A stretch of DNA of 58,913 nt, the filler included, from Sphacelaria rigidula (lineage: Eukaryota), in assembly GCA_964200075.2 (NCBI GenBank). It is 7 parts of 7 records of this genome, joined end to end, with 100 filler letters (N's around TTAATTAATTAA, not from the genome) between each part and the next. Parts side by side here need not be neighbours in the genome. Positions count along the whole stretch, not along the records: positions 33,726 to 42,055 come from CAXNAA020011502.1; positions 42,156 to 50,484 come from CAXNAA020011503.1; 5 more parts are not named here. The stretch is one strand, 5' to 3'. The notes below the pieces were generated by a model. That model searched no databases. It was not told where the DNA came from and worked only from the letters and a program-made list of their open reading frames with translations. Below are positions 35,543 to 48,400 of this stretch, piece by piece; the first letter of the stretch is position 1; each line of letters opens with the position of its first letter. The translations under genes were made by a program, and so were the position numbers.

Positions 35543-37450
35543 TTAATCTCTAGTCGGGTACAAACCTGAACTCTCTCTCGACCATTTCCATAATGGATTC
35601 TTCACGAGCTGTTGCTGTTGTTGTGCCAGGGGTGGCGGCTCTCCGATGGGCAGCTTTCGGTGCAGCAACCTTTCGTTTGCGGCGGAGATTCGATTGAAGT
35701 TAGCCTTCGCGTCGCCATGCTTCCTTGAACTCCTCCGCCCCTCTCTCGACTCCAAGATATATACCATTACTCGCCCATGTAGTTGGCCTCAGTGGTCCAA
35801 TCGTATGTGGCTGTGACCTTCACTCCGTAGGCGAACCATTTCTGTCGCTTATGTAAGTCTCCCTCGTGGTGCACATAGGTTCTCCTGAAGGCGGTCTGCT
35901 CAGTGTTTGGGGCGCCGGCCAACCTCCTTGTATCCTTTTCCGGTTTACCGTCCGAACATAGTGCGCCGTGAAAGATGCATTTCGTCCCGCCGGACTAGCG
36001 CCCCCGAGAAGCGGAGTTACCTCAAGCGGATCGTCGTCTCGATACGATCGCACTTGGCGATCTCGAGCACATTTACGTACGACATGCGTTTGTAGCCTTG
36101 TGGAATCCAACCATTTGCAGCAAAAACTATTACTGACATCCTCCGGACGCGGCGTCCATATAGCACATCCGTGAAGCGTAGATTCCACCACATCCGCTCA
36201 AAGCAGCCGCATTATTAGAGGTAGCCGGGTCTTGGGCCGACCGTATAATTGGGAACTGCGGTTCCGGATGCGTGCCTACGCAGCGCTGATGCGGCGGTTG
36301 GATTCGGTGGAAATATTCACCTTTGCGCTGACAGCGCCAGCAATGTAGACAAACTTGGGCGTCTGTTCATACCGTTGGCCTTTCGCCTCAGGGTGCAGTG
36401 CGGTGCGGAACTGGGAACTGAACACAGGCGTATGGACTCTGCCATACTTTCCGATGCCATAAGTCCGAACTCCTGACATGTCACCACTATCACGACCATC
36501 ATTCTAGCAAGCCCGTCTGGGTCCTCGACATTATGCCTGCGTCATCCACATTTAACATTACCCACAACGCGCGCCGCACGTTCCCCAGTCGCGTCTCTTG
36601 CAGAGGTTTTCACCGTCGTCACCGTTTGGTGCATCATTCAGGAATCCCAAGTCTGAGGCGATAGCTGGGTCTATCGTTAGTCGATGTACGGTCACGTCGA
36701 CAAAGGCTGCATCGAATATGTTGAACAACTACGTACGCTCTAAACGCATCCCTGCCTGCGTCCCTGGCAGACGTGAAACCACGTTGATAATAAACTATGA
36801 TCCAGCTGTACTCGAGCTCGCATGCAATCGTGAATCATACGGACAACCTTGATCATCCGCAGCGGGACTCCCAATCTAGGGAAACTTCCCACAGGGGCGC
36901 GCAATCCACTGAGACGTAGGCCTTTTGCGGGTCGATAAAGTACATGTTTTGTGGGACATTGCTCTCCCGTCGCAACTCCTATGGCCGGCGTACCACGAAG
37001 ATCATGTAGGTGGACGATCGTTGGTGCCGCAATCCACGCCGTTCTTCCGGGAGGATCCTTGCCTCCTCGCAGAAGCTACCGAGCCTGTCGGGTACGATTT
37101 TGGGGAGACTTTTATCGGCGTGTGCCACGAGGGTAATGCCTCCGAACTTACCGCACTCGGTCCTATCCTTCTTCTGTGGAGTAGTGTGATAGTTGCGTCT
37201 TTCCATTCCTGTGGCCCTTCGTAGATGTCCAGATCGCAGCGATGACGCTATGAAACTGGTATAGAAACTCTGAAGGCTACCCTACCAACTTGAGAACGTC
37301 AGCATGTAGACCATCTGGGTCCATCGCTTTGTCGTTAGCCACAGCTCTCAAGGCATCTTTGATTTCAGTTGGGCTTGGTGGGTCTCCGATGATAACACTG
37401 TCGGTCGTTGCGCCATGTTCTCAATGACGGCCCGGTTGATAATTACCTAT
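35543..37450 (-). mobile_element. RTE-like LINE ORF2 (reverse transcriptase) pseudogene
   Basis: KKDRTECGKFGGITLVAHADK...ILPEERRGLRHQRSSTYMIFVVRR (RT N-terminal part), KFVYIAGAVSA...ESNRRISAA and VESTLHGCAIWT; many stops and frameshifts. Confidence 0.9.
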
Positions 37451-37615
37451 ATGGCATTCAAGAAGGCAGAGAAGTGCCGCTCTCATCGCAAGGTGTATAA
37501 AATAGGACAATCGCTAAACAGAAGTCGAGAAAGGCACAAGGCAACGGAAAATATGGAGAGAAGACACAAGTGAAGTGAAAACTGTGAGGAACAGAATACC
37601 AACAGCAGCGTAGGG

Positions 37616-37616
<1 letters not shown>

Positions 37617-37650
<34 letters not shown>

Positions 37651-37671
37651 CAACAACAACAACAACGACAA
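37617..37671. repeat. (CAG)n(CAA)n microsatellite
   Basis: Direct inspection. Confidence 0.95.
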
Positions 37672-37689
37672 CGGAGCTTATACAGTACG

Positions 37690-40110
37690 GCATGGATTTT
37701 GGAAGAGAGTTCCTGGTCATTCTCGGAGGGAAGTCGTCTCGGGTAGCCATAATGCTTGATATAGTGCTGGATAAAGATGTATTTTGTACCAGCCACCGCG
37801 GAATCTCCTGTTGTGACCCCATACATAGCCGCATAGCGGCTAAAACGGTCAATAAGCATTGTGATGGAGGGATTTCCCCGATCGATGACCGGCGAGGGGC
37901 CGAAGTAATCGAAAACGTCAGTTGACCAGGTTCGTTGATAGTGCCGTAAACGCAACAGACTAACACACCGTCTGTCGTAAAGGTTCCCGTGTGTGGCACT
38001 TGAAGCGACCGTGAACCCAGAAACGGGTGGATGCTTTTATGCCGATTTACCCGTACACACACTCGAGCATCTCCCAGGTGCACGTCGGATCCACGTGGCA
38101 GAAGGGACCAGCGTGTCATTGTTTATTTTTTAACGGCGCACCAACCAGGGGGCGTATACGCTTGTGGGCTCATCACCAAGCGAGCGCGCATAGCGGCTGG
38201 CGAGCACAGTGGTTGTTCACCAGGCAGAAGAGTGTCACGACGGACGAGAAACGACTCCCCGGTATCCGCGATAAAAATGGCGCCCTTGTGCACACCTTCG
38301 TACACCTGAGCAACGTCAGGTGCCGGTAGTTCGCGTACCGGAGTCGAAGGATTCGGCAAGAAAAGAGCTAGACAAACTTTGCCTGTCGACATTTTATTGC
38401 TGCACAACATAGGGGCCCCTCTACTGTAGTGGTCCATGAGCCCAATCATAACGAGAAATATTCGCGACAATTTCGCGAAGTTATTCTTCAGCCTACAAAC
38501 TAACTGAAAATGGTGGACCAGGCGGCAGCAGGATAGGTGAGGGGCCACGTATACCGACGTCGATATTTGTCTGGGGATCAGAATCGGGGCTGCCTGTGCT
38601 GCAGTGAAAAGCGAGACGTCTCGGTTGCGCCTTCACTGGAAGCGGTGTTGTTGTTGTGACACGCCGTGATTGCGGCGCACGGCGCGGAGTTCGCGCACCG
38701 GTTGTTGCAACCGGTGTTGAGGGGCGCCCAGCGCTGGAACAAGCTCTTGACGGTGACGATGCGTGTGAGGGGACCATACATGCGGTTAGAGAACAAGTGT
38801 TTTTGAAGATGAGATGTATAGTCGAAGGAGCCACCGTCAGGAAATTCAAGTGGGTATCGAAGGTGCGACATTCGATCAAAATCGGCTGTGGTGGGTGTCA
38901 GTCCATCCAAGACAGCATCATGAGTGAGAGGCGGAACTCCGTTCATGTGTGCATACGTTTTGCGTGACACGGGAGGTCGAGAATGAAAGCGCGCGTGCAG
39001 AAGCAGTGGATAGGGTGTGTGCCAAGCTAGCCGGCCAAGCGGGTCGACACGCCGCTCTCGAATCAGCAGCTACGGAGCTCTAAACAGCGTCGTACGGGAG
39101 GTTGTCTGCGCCAACCTTGGCGACGTGTTGGAGGGGTTCATGACCGGCATCGCCTTCGACAGGTACATAGAACAGATGTGGCCGGAGGCGTATGATCACC
39201 CAAGGGATGACTCCTGCTTCGAACTCAAGGGGACCACAGCTGGATTCGTTAAGTAATATGGCCCAGATAATGTAGAGATCGGATAGACTCGATCCGTCAA
39301 GCTGGGGCTGGCCCAGTACCGTACTGTAGCCCTCAGCGCTTCCGTCCGTGAGTAGCTAGGTAAGACGAGAACCATCTCAGACAGAATGTCAGTCGGGGAA
39401 GCGTAGCACTGACTTTTCCATTGGGAGTTATGCTTGAGTACTCCGCGTACGACGGGCTCCGTGTCCGGGGTGAAGGCAAAGGCCTTACCCTGCTTGAGTG
39501 ACACAGAGGTAGGGCGAAGCGTTTGATTGAAGTCGGGGAGAAACTGCAGTAGTAGTAAAATTCGTCGAAGAGAAGGTGAAACGGAAATATTTTCAGGCAT
39601 TGACATGCCCATCATCGCCGCAAATGTGTCCGTGTTCTGCCCTGACAAGTTGAGGAAGTGAAGCAGCCTGAAACGTATACCGCCGAGGCGGGCTCTGGAC
39701 CACCACAGCTTCAAGTCGAGTGTGCTCAGCCGGGAGAAACATTCTCGCAAGGTGGGTTTGTGTGGAGCTGATCCAAGCTCGTGAGCGATCTTATCGTCGA
39801 GATTCATAATCACGTGTTTGAGTCATTCAGAAACACGATGCATCGAGAGTTGGAAATATTCTGACGAAGGTGTGGTCCCTTGTAGCATGCGCGGCTATTT
39901 GCCGAGCCCGGACGGCGTGCGTAACGATGTGAGTGGGGCAGAATCGAGGTTTATCCCGTTCCGGAATCACCCAAAAAGAAGATCGATGATGATACTGAAT
40001 ATTTTCCTTCCCCTCAAGGTTCGAATGTCCATCGTTGCGTCGTATTGGGACGTTGCCAACAACAATAACTTGATCCGACTCGCTGTAATCATGGCGATTC
40101 ATACCTAACT
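37690..40110 (-). mobile_element. Highly decayed Ty3/gypsy pol (RT-RNase H-integrase); upstream part probably continues at about 41200-41900
   Basis: Integrase-core-like DYFGPSP...MLIDRFSRYAAMY...YIKHYGYPRRLPSEND; RT-like LRECFSRLSTLDLKL and LKQGKAFAFTP. Confidence 0.75.
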
Positions 40111-40140
40111 ATTCTTCTTTGGGGCAATGACCAAAAGGCA

Positions 40141-41160
40141 GGGCCGCTATTGTCACGACTTCAAAAACGTCAAAGATAAACTAAAAAAAAGATAGTGAGG
40201 CGTTGACTAAACCTGAACCCCTACGTTTTCGGTATTCATGGAACCTTCGATGTAAGGATCGACTTTACGTTTTACTTTCAACCTCAAGGAAGACGTTCAA
40301 GTCATTCGATTTGAACGTTGAAATCACATGTCAGGCCTTCACCTTGAACGTTTTGCTTGAAGTTCGTGAAGGTTCAACTCAAAAGCCGAAGCACTACAAA
40401 AACGTATGATTTGAAGATCGAATATCTAAGTTAAGCTTTCAACGTTTAACTTGAACCTTCACCTGACCGTTCAACGTTCACGCTCGACATTTGAGTCGAA
40501 ACTCGAACGTCCAAGGTCAGCCCTCGACCTTCAGATTGAAATTCAACGTTACGGCTTGACTCTCAAGCTGAAACGATCGAAATCACACTCAAATCCGTCC
40601 GTGTGAACCTCATTCATTAAGGTCGACAAGTTGAAAGCCCAGTTCTACTATCGAACGTTCTGGTAGAACTGTTGCTTGCCGCTCAGATCCTGCGAAGTTG
40701 AAACCCTGGCCCGTTCAAGTAAAGTTTCGAGTAAGCGAAAATCCCGCTGAATTGAACGTTGAACTCGTGAAAAACTTGAATGTTCGACTTTTAAACTGAT
40801 CGTTCAACTCAACAATGAAACCTTCGGATGAACGTTCGTTTGGACGTCATTTGTTGGGTTTGAGCGTCGGAGTATCAACGTTTTACTTGAAAGCTGAACG
40901 TTCATGTGAAGGCTCGAGATGATATTTCAAATTTCGACCCACGCATTCAAATTTGACCTTCAAATGGACGTTTATCTGGAGTTTCGACTCGGGAGTTGAA
41001 CCTTCACGAACGTTTTTAAGCTGAATATTGGCGATGAAGATGTAATTTTTATTAGCTGAAGACGCCAACCTTTAACTTGGACCTCCACTTGGACCTTACG
41101 GAAACGTCAGAGATTCAACTTTGTGAGAGTCAAGTGAAGTCTTGGTAACGGCGGTCACCC
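40141..41160. mobile_element. About 1-kb TIR element packed with (t)tgaacgtt/gaacctt motifs, inserted in the gypsy remnant
   Basis: ccgctattgtcacgacttca matches the reverse complement of tgaagtcttggtaacggcgg at 15/20 positions; composition differs sharply from the flanks. Confidence 0.6.
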
Positions 41161-41969
41161 GTCTATAGCGAGGTCCGTAGAGAGGAGAAATGCTCAACCA
41201 AGCCAGCGCCAATTGACGCATGTAGTGTAGCACATAGGTTTCAGCAAGGACTGGGTTTAGCCGATAGGGTCACGCGGGGGTTAAAGAAGTATTGAGTTGA
41301 AACATCGGCTTTAAGGGCGGCGTCTTGCAGTGCCCTAGGCACACCTGTACTGTATCTGGAACGAGTGGTCTTGCTATTCGAGCAAACGTGGCTTAGTTCC
41401 TGCATCACGGCTGGCTCCCAACCGGGTCCAACACAAAGCTGCTCGACGCCGCGTTCAAACGCAGAAACGCATCCCCACACAAAAATAACACTATTTCCAG
41501 GCGGACTCTAGAATATGTGTTTGTGGTCTACCACCGTCCAGTGAAAACACGCGTTGTGCAGGCGTGGTAGCACATGGACTCATCGTGCACGCCACGGGTG
41601 CTGTTAGTGAAAGAGGCAGGATCAACGAGAACTTCGCCATGGACGAGATCACGCTCAAGCCCTTCCGTGATGTAAATAGATCAGCGTCGGCGGGGATAAC
41701 AGTAACGGCAGTCGGCGGATGATCCGCAGGGGGGACGAGGGCATAATCGGCGAGCCTAGTGCTCCCGCGCGTCGCTGGTAGATGTCGTATGAAGATCGGG
41801 CATAGGAAATTTCGGGAATATAGCTGTCTTCGTAAGACAGGGATCGCGATCATCACCGGCTCCGGGCTGCCTGGTGCTTGTGACACAAACAAGGAGGGGC
41901 GGCATACTCTGTGGGAAACATATTCAAATCGTATTTTCCGAGATGCCAGGTAAACCTGTCAAACTCAAA

Positions 41970-42055
41970 GTCTTCATCTTAGGAGATAGATGGTGGCCAG
42001 AGACGGCGAAACAGGACGGGGATAAGATATGTAAAAGGATTTTGTGTAATGTATA
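41970..42055 (+). mobile_element. Internal fragment of the poly(C)-tailed LINE, cut by the contig end
   Basis: Translates FILGDRWWPETAKQDGDKICKRILCNV; homologous to 333-410 and 43776-43850. Confidence 0.7.
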
Positions 42056-42155
42056 NNNNNNNNNNNNNNNNNNNNNNNNNNNNNNNNNNNNNNNNNNNNT
42101 TAATTAATTAANNNNNNNNNNNNNNNNNNNNNNNNNNNNNNNNNNNNNNNNNNNN
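42056..42155. other. Artificial contig linker
   Basis: N44-TTAATTAATTAA-N44. Confidence 0.98.
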
Positions 42156-42492
42156 CGAAAGGGAGCGTGGGGAAGAGGGGAGGGTAGGGGGGGGGGGGGG
42201 GGGGGGGTGGGGGGGGGGCGGCCGGCAACAAGTTGTGTGAAAGGTTTTTGTGTGATCCATGAAATAAACGTAATGAGCGCCCAAATCTTGGAGATGTCTC
42301 CGTTTCGAGTAGAAGTGGTGCTCCGTCTCGTCAAGTACGCCCCTCCCTTCCGCGCCTCCTCTCTCTCCTCGCTCGTGGATGATGACAATACATACGATCA
42401 ATCCAATATACGTGCCTACCTATTTGGATCGACGGTACTGTACATGTAACAACATCCTCGCATGGTTGTGTGCGCGGGTGGATGTGTCATAG

Positions 42493-45400
42493 GCTGGGTG
42501 TCGCGGAGCTGGAGAAACGTTTGCAAGCGAGGCTCTCCTCTATGAAGGGCTTGCTGAAGGAAACCGAGGACATGTGAGCTAAGATGGAATTAAAAAAATA
42601 ATAATACTACACCCCGGATAATGACGAGATACTACATTGGTAAAAAAGTGTACTATGTTCAGTATCGACTATTTCGGGTATTGTAATGTACAACAGATTC
42701 CATACTGCACGCAGCACATTTTTTGTTGATATAGTCTTTTGTCCAGGGTGTCAATTTCACAGTAGTTTGGACGCAACGCCCCCGTTTGTGATCGTCAGGT
42801 ATTTGTTCGACTTGGAAATATATATGTGGAGACCACATATGTATGAGCGTAATGAACCTTTGGGAATACCTTTTCTGTGGTGTGATACTCCCCGCTCGTC
42901 CGGTTGCTCGTTTTGGTCTATAGCGACTTCTACGACCCAGATGATGACGGCTACGAGATCGACCTCGCGTCCGGCGGCGGCGAAGTCGTCGATGGAGATT
43001 CAGGCGGAGGCGAAGGTAATTTTTTCTCGTGTCGAAAGCCTTCTAGCTGTCAATCACGGTGGAGATCAGGTGGAAAAACGAAGAGGGCAAAGGAGGGCGG
43101 CGGTGCTGCATATGCTACGGTGTTTTTTTTAACCGTATATATATATATATATATATTCCCCTTGGAAAGCATGTCGAAACTCGAGGGCAGCGTGATGCAT
43201 CTCTTCCGTCACTCACGTACGTGAGGGAAAATTCGTGGCTTTTACTCGAAACGTTGTTCGTTCCCCCCCCCCCTCCGTCTCGAAAGGAATGCGTGGTCAA
43301 TGGTCAAACGACTAAGGCAAGCAACAAATGAGTACGCCCCCCCCTTCCCCCTCTATCATTGACGCAAAGTGGGCAAACTCGCCGAATTAACGAGCAAATA
43401 CTGTATATGCAGACTGACCATGATGGTGGACATGATGCCGAATTTCTCGCGAATTGGAAGCACATGATTGTCAGCTAATGGACGAGGTCTCAGCCTCCGT
43501 AGATCGGACAGCGTCAGAACGCATGGGCATTGAGTTGGTTGGGAGCACGATGCACGCATGGTTGATGTTTAAAAGGTATTGTTACTGACGGTACTCTGGA
43601 TACGTTCGTCCTTCTCTCCCTGCGGTAAAGCAATAGACAGTATAGCTTATTTCGTGGCAGAATATGAACTATACAAGAAGCAATGGAAAATGTTTGAGGG
43701 GTTATGTGGCAAGCAATTGAAGGTTGCACGTGATCGTCTGATACGCTAGATAGTGGCAATAAGACGATGACTATACTAGGAGATGGATGGTGACCACAGA
43801 CGGCGGAATAGGAAATGGATAATATGTGTAGAAGGTCCTTGTGTAATACATGGAAGAAACGTGATAAGCGCCCAAATGTTGGTGGTGCCTCTATTAGGAC
43901 TAGAAACGGTGTTCCGTCTCGAAAAGGGTGCGTAGTGAGTGGTCGAATGACTAAGGCAAGCAGTAAATGAGTACCCTCGCCCCCCCGTCCGCCCGTTCGA
44001 CCTCACACACGCGCGCTATTTCAACGTGTAGGTGTACCGGAAGAGTTGGGGATGGTGGCGCGTGCTGAGGCTGAGGCCGCTGGCGGTGGGTACCGCATGC
44101 GTGGTCCGAGACCAGCTGCTGCTGCCAGCGGCGAATCGACATCATCCTCACCGCCGACCGCAGGTATTTTAGCTATACTCTGCTTCCTGATTAATGGAAA
44201 GACTACCCCCTTTCCCCCCTCCTGGTCCGGCAAAAACCCGGCGTGCTCTGTCCCGGCGTCGTAGAGATGCAAGGTCAACGGTCTTATGGCTTTGGCATGC
44301 ATGACCATGAGTACAATCCATTTACCCCTCAACCTCTATGGTGGGAGCAAACTAACTGAAAATGTAGAGAGCAATATTTTGTACTGTGCTGGTACTTGTT
44401 TTTTTTTCTTTTCTACTTGCTTCCTCTTTTTTTCCTCAGTCTTGCTCCGTTTGTTTGTCCTATCTTATTTCTTACTTTTCCAATTTATTTTGTCCTTCTA
44501 TTCTATCAGCGTTTCTGTGTTGTTTTGCCTTGGTACGTACGTCTATCGTGTGTCTAACTATGAGCCATGACTTGGCCCCTCAGATCACTTGTGTACAACA
44601 ATCAAGCTTTGCCGTGCCCACTGTTCCAGACGGTGAGCGTATTCTATGCGTGGTTGTCGATCCGTTCGTTGATTGCGTTATTGGTCCGTTGATGTTACGA
44701 TTCGTCAATTGATTCATTTGATTGATTGATCGATTTACTACTTGATGAATGTATGCATCCGTTGGTTTGATTGACTCAGTAATTTATTGATTTGTTGATT
44801 TATTTATTCATTCACTCATTCATCCATTCGTTCATTTTTTTTATTTGATATACTTGATTTTTTGGTTCTCTGATTGATTGCTTCAATTATATGTTGATTT
44901 ATTATTTGATTTACATTCCAATTTGTTTTTGCTCATGATTTGATAACATTCATTCATTCATTCATTCATTCAAGATTGTTTGAGTTGAATGGTTGGTTGT
45001 ATTTTATTTTTTGGACTAGGGAAAGTCAATATATAGGATATACAAAATTCATGAATAAGAATTAATCAAGAGCAACCGGTCGCCCCCGTGGCGCAGTTGG
45101 TAACCTCGAAATCTTCTGACGGTTGCGTCGTGGGTTCAACTCTCGGAGCGATCTGGCAGTCTTTGTTACAACATGCTCAACATTGGAGAGTGACTATGAT
45201 GTGAGGACACAACATTCGACTTAATGATCGACGAGGGAAAGGGAAAGATCAACTTCCTGATGAAAAGTAAAGGGAAGCACCGCAGAAGGACACTGGGGTA
45301 CCAAGAACAAGAAAGAAAGAAAAACTCCGGTGTTGACCCTCCTCCTGTGTCACTCCCGCTGGTGCGCTCACACACACACACACACACACACGCACGCACA

Positions 45401-48400
45401 TACGTACGTGGGCGTTTTTTCGGTTGTAGCGTGATGAAAAGCTTGAAACTCAAGGAATACCACGTGAGTACAAACGTCCAATGCAATTGATTGTTCACCA
45501 GATTGAACAATCGAGTGGTTGGTTCCTTGATCGATTGATTGATGGACTGATTGTCGCACATCAGCTGTTCCCCCAGGGATCCAGTCCTTTTTCGCGTGAT
45601 GGACGTACTCGAGATGGAAGAACAAAACGGAAACACTCGCTGAAGAAAAGTGAAGAGGACAGAAGAGTACTGACACTTTCTACGATAGCCCCCCCTCCCC
45701 CCCCCCTCCAAAAGAAAAAAGCCCAAGACTGTGGCGAAGAAAATGGCCATACAGCGCCTTATGTTTGGCTTCAGGCTACATGAAGCGCCTCATGTGGGCG
45801 GCATTGGCGGAAACGAACCCAAGCGTTGGAATTCGCAGCTGCTAGTTGTGCTCGGCTTCTTTCATTTCGATATATGCGTAGATTCTGCCTTGCCAAACCA
45901 GCCACTTTGTTGGGGGACGCCATCGTAAAAAGTGTCCACTGTGGAACAGACGAGCGCAGTAGACATAAAATATTGTGAGAAGGCACGCCCTAACAACAGC
46001 AAAAGTAATAGCAACAAGAATGGATCATGGCAACAACCATTCACGGTGAAATTGAGTATCGCGTCCAATACGAATTATGTTACTCAGATACACCCTCGCT
46101 GTGTACGTATGCGGCGCTGTTCTTATGCAGCTTCGGACAAAAAAGCCGGTAATAGCGGTGTTTCATCCCCGGGATCTACGAAAGACACCGAGCCCGCCTT
46201 TTCGTCGTCCTCCTCTACACTGGAGAATGACTTGATGTCATCTGGCGTGGCACTTGAAGGCGACGGGATCGGTAGCAAGAAAGGCTCGAAGAAAAAGAAG
46301 AAAGCCGGCGCTGGAGGAGGGACTGGCGAAGACGATAATGGTGCGACGTTGGGAACTGACATTCCTAGGTCGCCCTTGGAAGCTTCGGGCGTCGACGCGT
46401 TTCTCGAGAGGGAGGAGCAGCGGAAGGCCGACCGAGTTCGGGATCGCAAAGGGAATGGCGGTGTCGGTGTAGATGTTGGTGACGTTGGTGCTGCTGAAGG
46501 TGATGCTGCTGCTGATGGAAAGAAGGCGAGGAAGGACAGGGTGAGACGTGAAGCCATGCCGTATTTATATATATATATATACATATTCATTTTGTTCCGA
46601 ATAAAGTATGTCATACTGTACCGCTTTTTCTTCTGTTTGTTTCGTTTTTGTTTAGTTTTGTTTTATTTCTTGTTTACGTCCTGTCACCTGTTTTTGTCAA
46701 GCCATACTCCGTTTGATTACGTAGTCTTTTTCCCTTTTCGTCTATTGTCTTGTGCCTCTCTCGATTTTTCTTGTGGCGACCGTCTTTTTTTCCCGTTTTG
46801 CTTTACCTCGAGTACTGTACGCTTATGTTGTGACCAAGGCTGAATCCATGGGGGATCTGTCAAAATGCGGTACTCAACGGATCAAACCAACTTCACAATA
46901 TCATACACGTCGGAAAATCCATTCATTGACCCTTTTGGAACCCGTTGACGATTCTTGTTTTTGTGAATCGGCATCGTTTTCATGCATTTTCAAGTCAAAA
47001 TGATGCCGAATTCACAAGAAGAAAAATCGTGAACAGGTTTCCGAAGGGTCGACCCAGTCATATTGTACAGAGCATCCAGTGGAAATATCGTAGGTACCGC
47101 TGAGGTATACCGCATACCTCATCGCTGAGTTGTTCGAGGAATGAGCTGGCCCGAGTCAAGGTTAGTTGAGCTTTATCGGAGGTGTGCGATACTCATCGAG
47201 TCGAGGATGGATTAATGCCGTTGTCCTGATCAGGTGATGGAAGATAATAAAGGGGTGGAAAACACTCGGGGAATATTTTGTTCCAACGTACAGTTAGCGC
47301 CACCACTGAAAAAATGTTTGGCGTGAGGCTCGAGTTCTTGTTTCCTCTGTTGGCTATCAACAGCCATCATATACCGGTTTTAGTTCGAACTTATTATCCA
47401 GGGATTACAATCTGTGCTCAAGTTCTCAAATGCCGACTTCTCAGGTGTAGGCGCTACCCGTATGTGTGCATCGGTCTCTTGAAATGCTATCGTTTTATTG
47501 TCATTATCATTTTATTATTATTGTTGTTATTGTTATCGTGAAAATCTCTTCTTTTTCATCAATATGAAAATTATCATCATTTTGTGAATATAACCGATCT
47601 CTCGAAACCGTGGTACCAGACGTGAGCTAGTATTTCCAGTGGATGACATGTTCACAATATTTTGTGCTCAAAAAGTGTGGATCCTGGTCCTGTGCGCCGC
47701 ATGTCATGGTCCACGATCTTGTTTTTGTTTCCATCCACACACAGTTTTTATTGTACCACCGCGTCTGGGTTGATCTCCCGGCTCCCATTTTTTTGTTGAT
47801 CTGATTTCCTTCTGCTTGAATTCTGAGTAGTAGGCCTGTACCCACGGAAGGCGTCCGCAGTAGATGCCTAGTACGGAGGTTGAAGGGTACTGTACTGCGC
47901 AGAGATCGGAGCGGTTTGTAATGTGAAGACAACATAAACAACAACAACAACAACAAAAACAGCAATATCCATCGTGCGAACCCCCGCACTGTACAAGACA
48001 GTACAGATTCCAGCACCCTGCCAGGTGCTGGGCCCGCTACTCTGTATGTGTTCCGAGGACGAGTGAATCTGGTAACAACTCCAAGATACTAACAAGAATG
48101 GCGAGAACAGGCTTGAGATGCAAGAGCTAAGCACAATCTCGCACTGGCAACCCCTCACCTCAGAGCTATGTAACAGTAAGGCTCTCTCAATGGCTGAGCA
48201 TGGTGCTATCCTCAAGCCCATCTTACATCACCCTTTCCTGTTGCGGGTTTCCTCGTTTTTCGTGTTTCCACACGTGGAATAACACCCTTATCGGGACAAG
48301 CTCGTCGATAGCTCCAAGAGATCACTCAACCCCCGCCTATATCTCCTCTGGAGCAGCACTTGCCTTGAACACTAGCGTGTCGAGCATTAATCCCCACAAT

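Noticed and set aside
37458-37955. Poly-Cys protein
   Set aside because: Read-through from an integrase relic into a (CTG/TTG)n microsatellite
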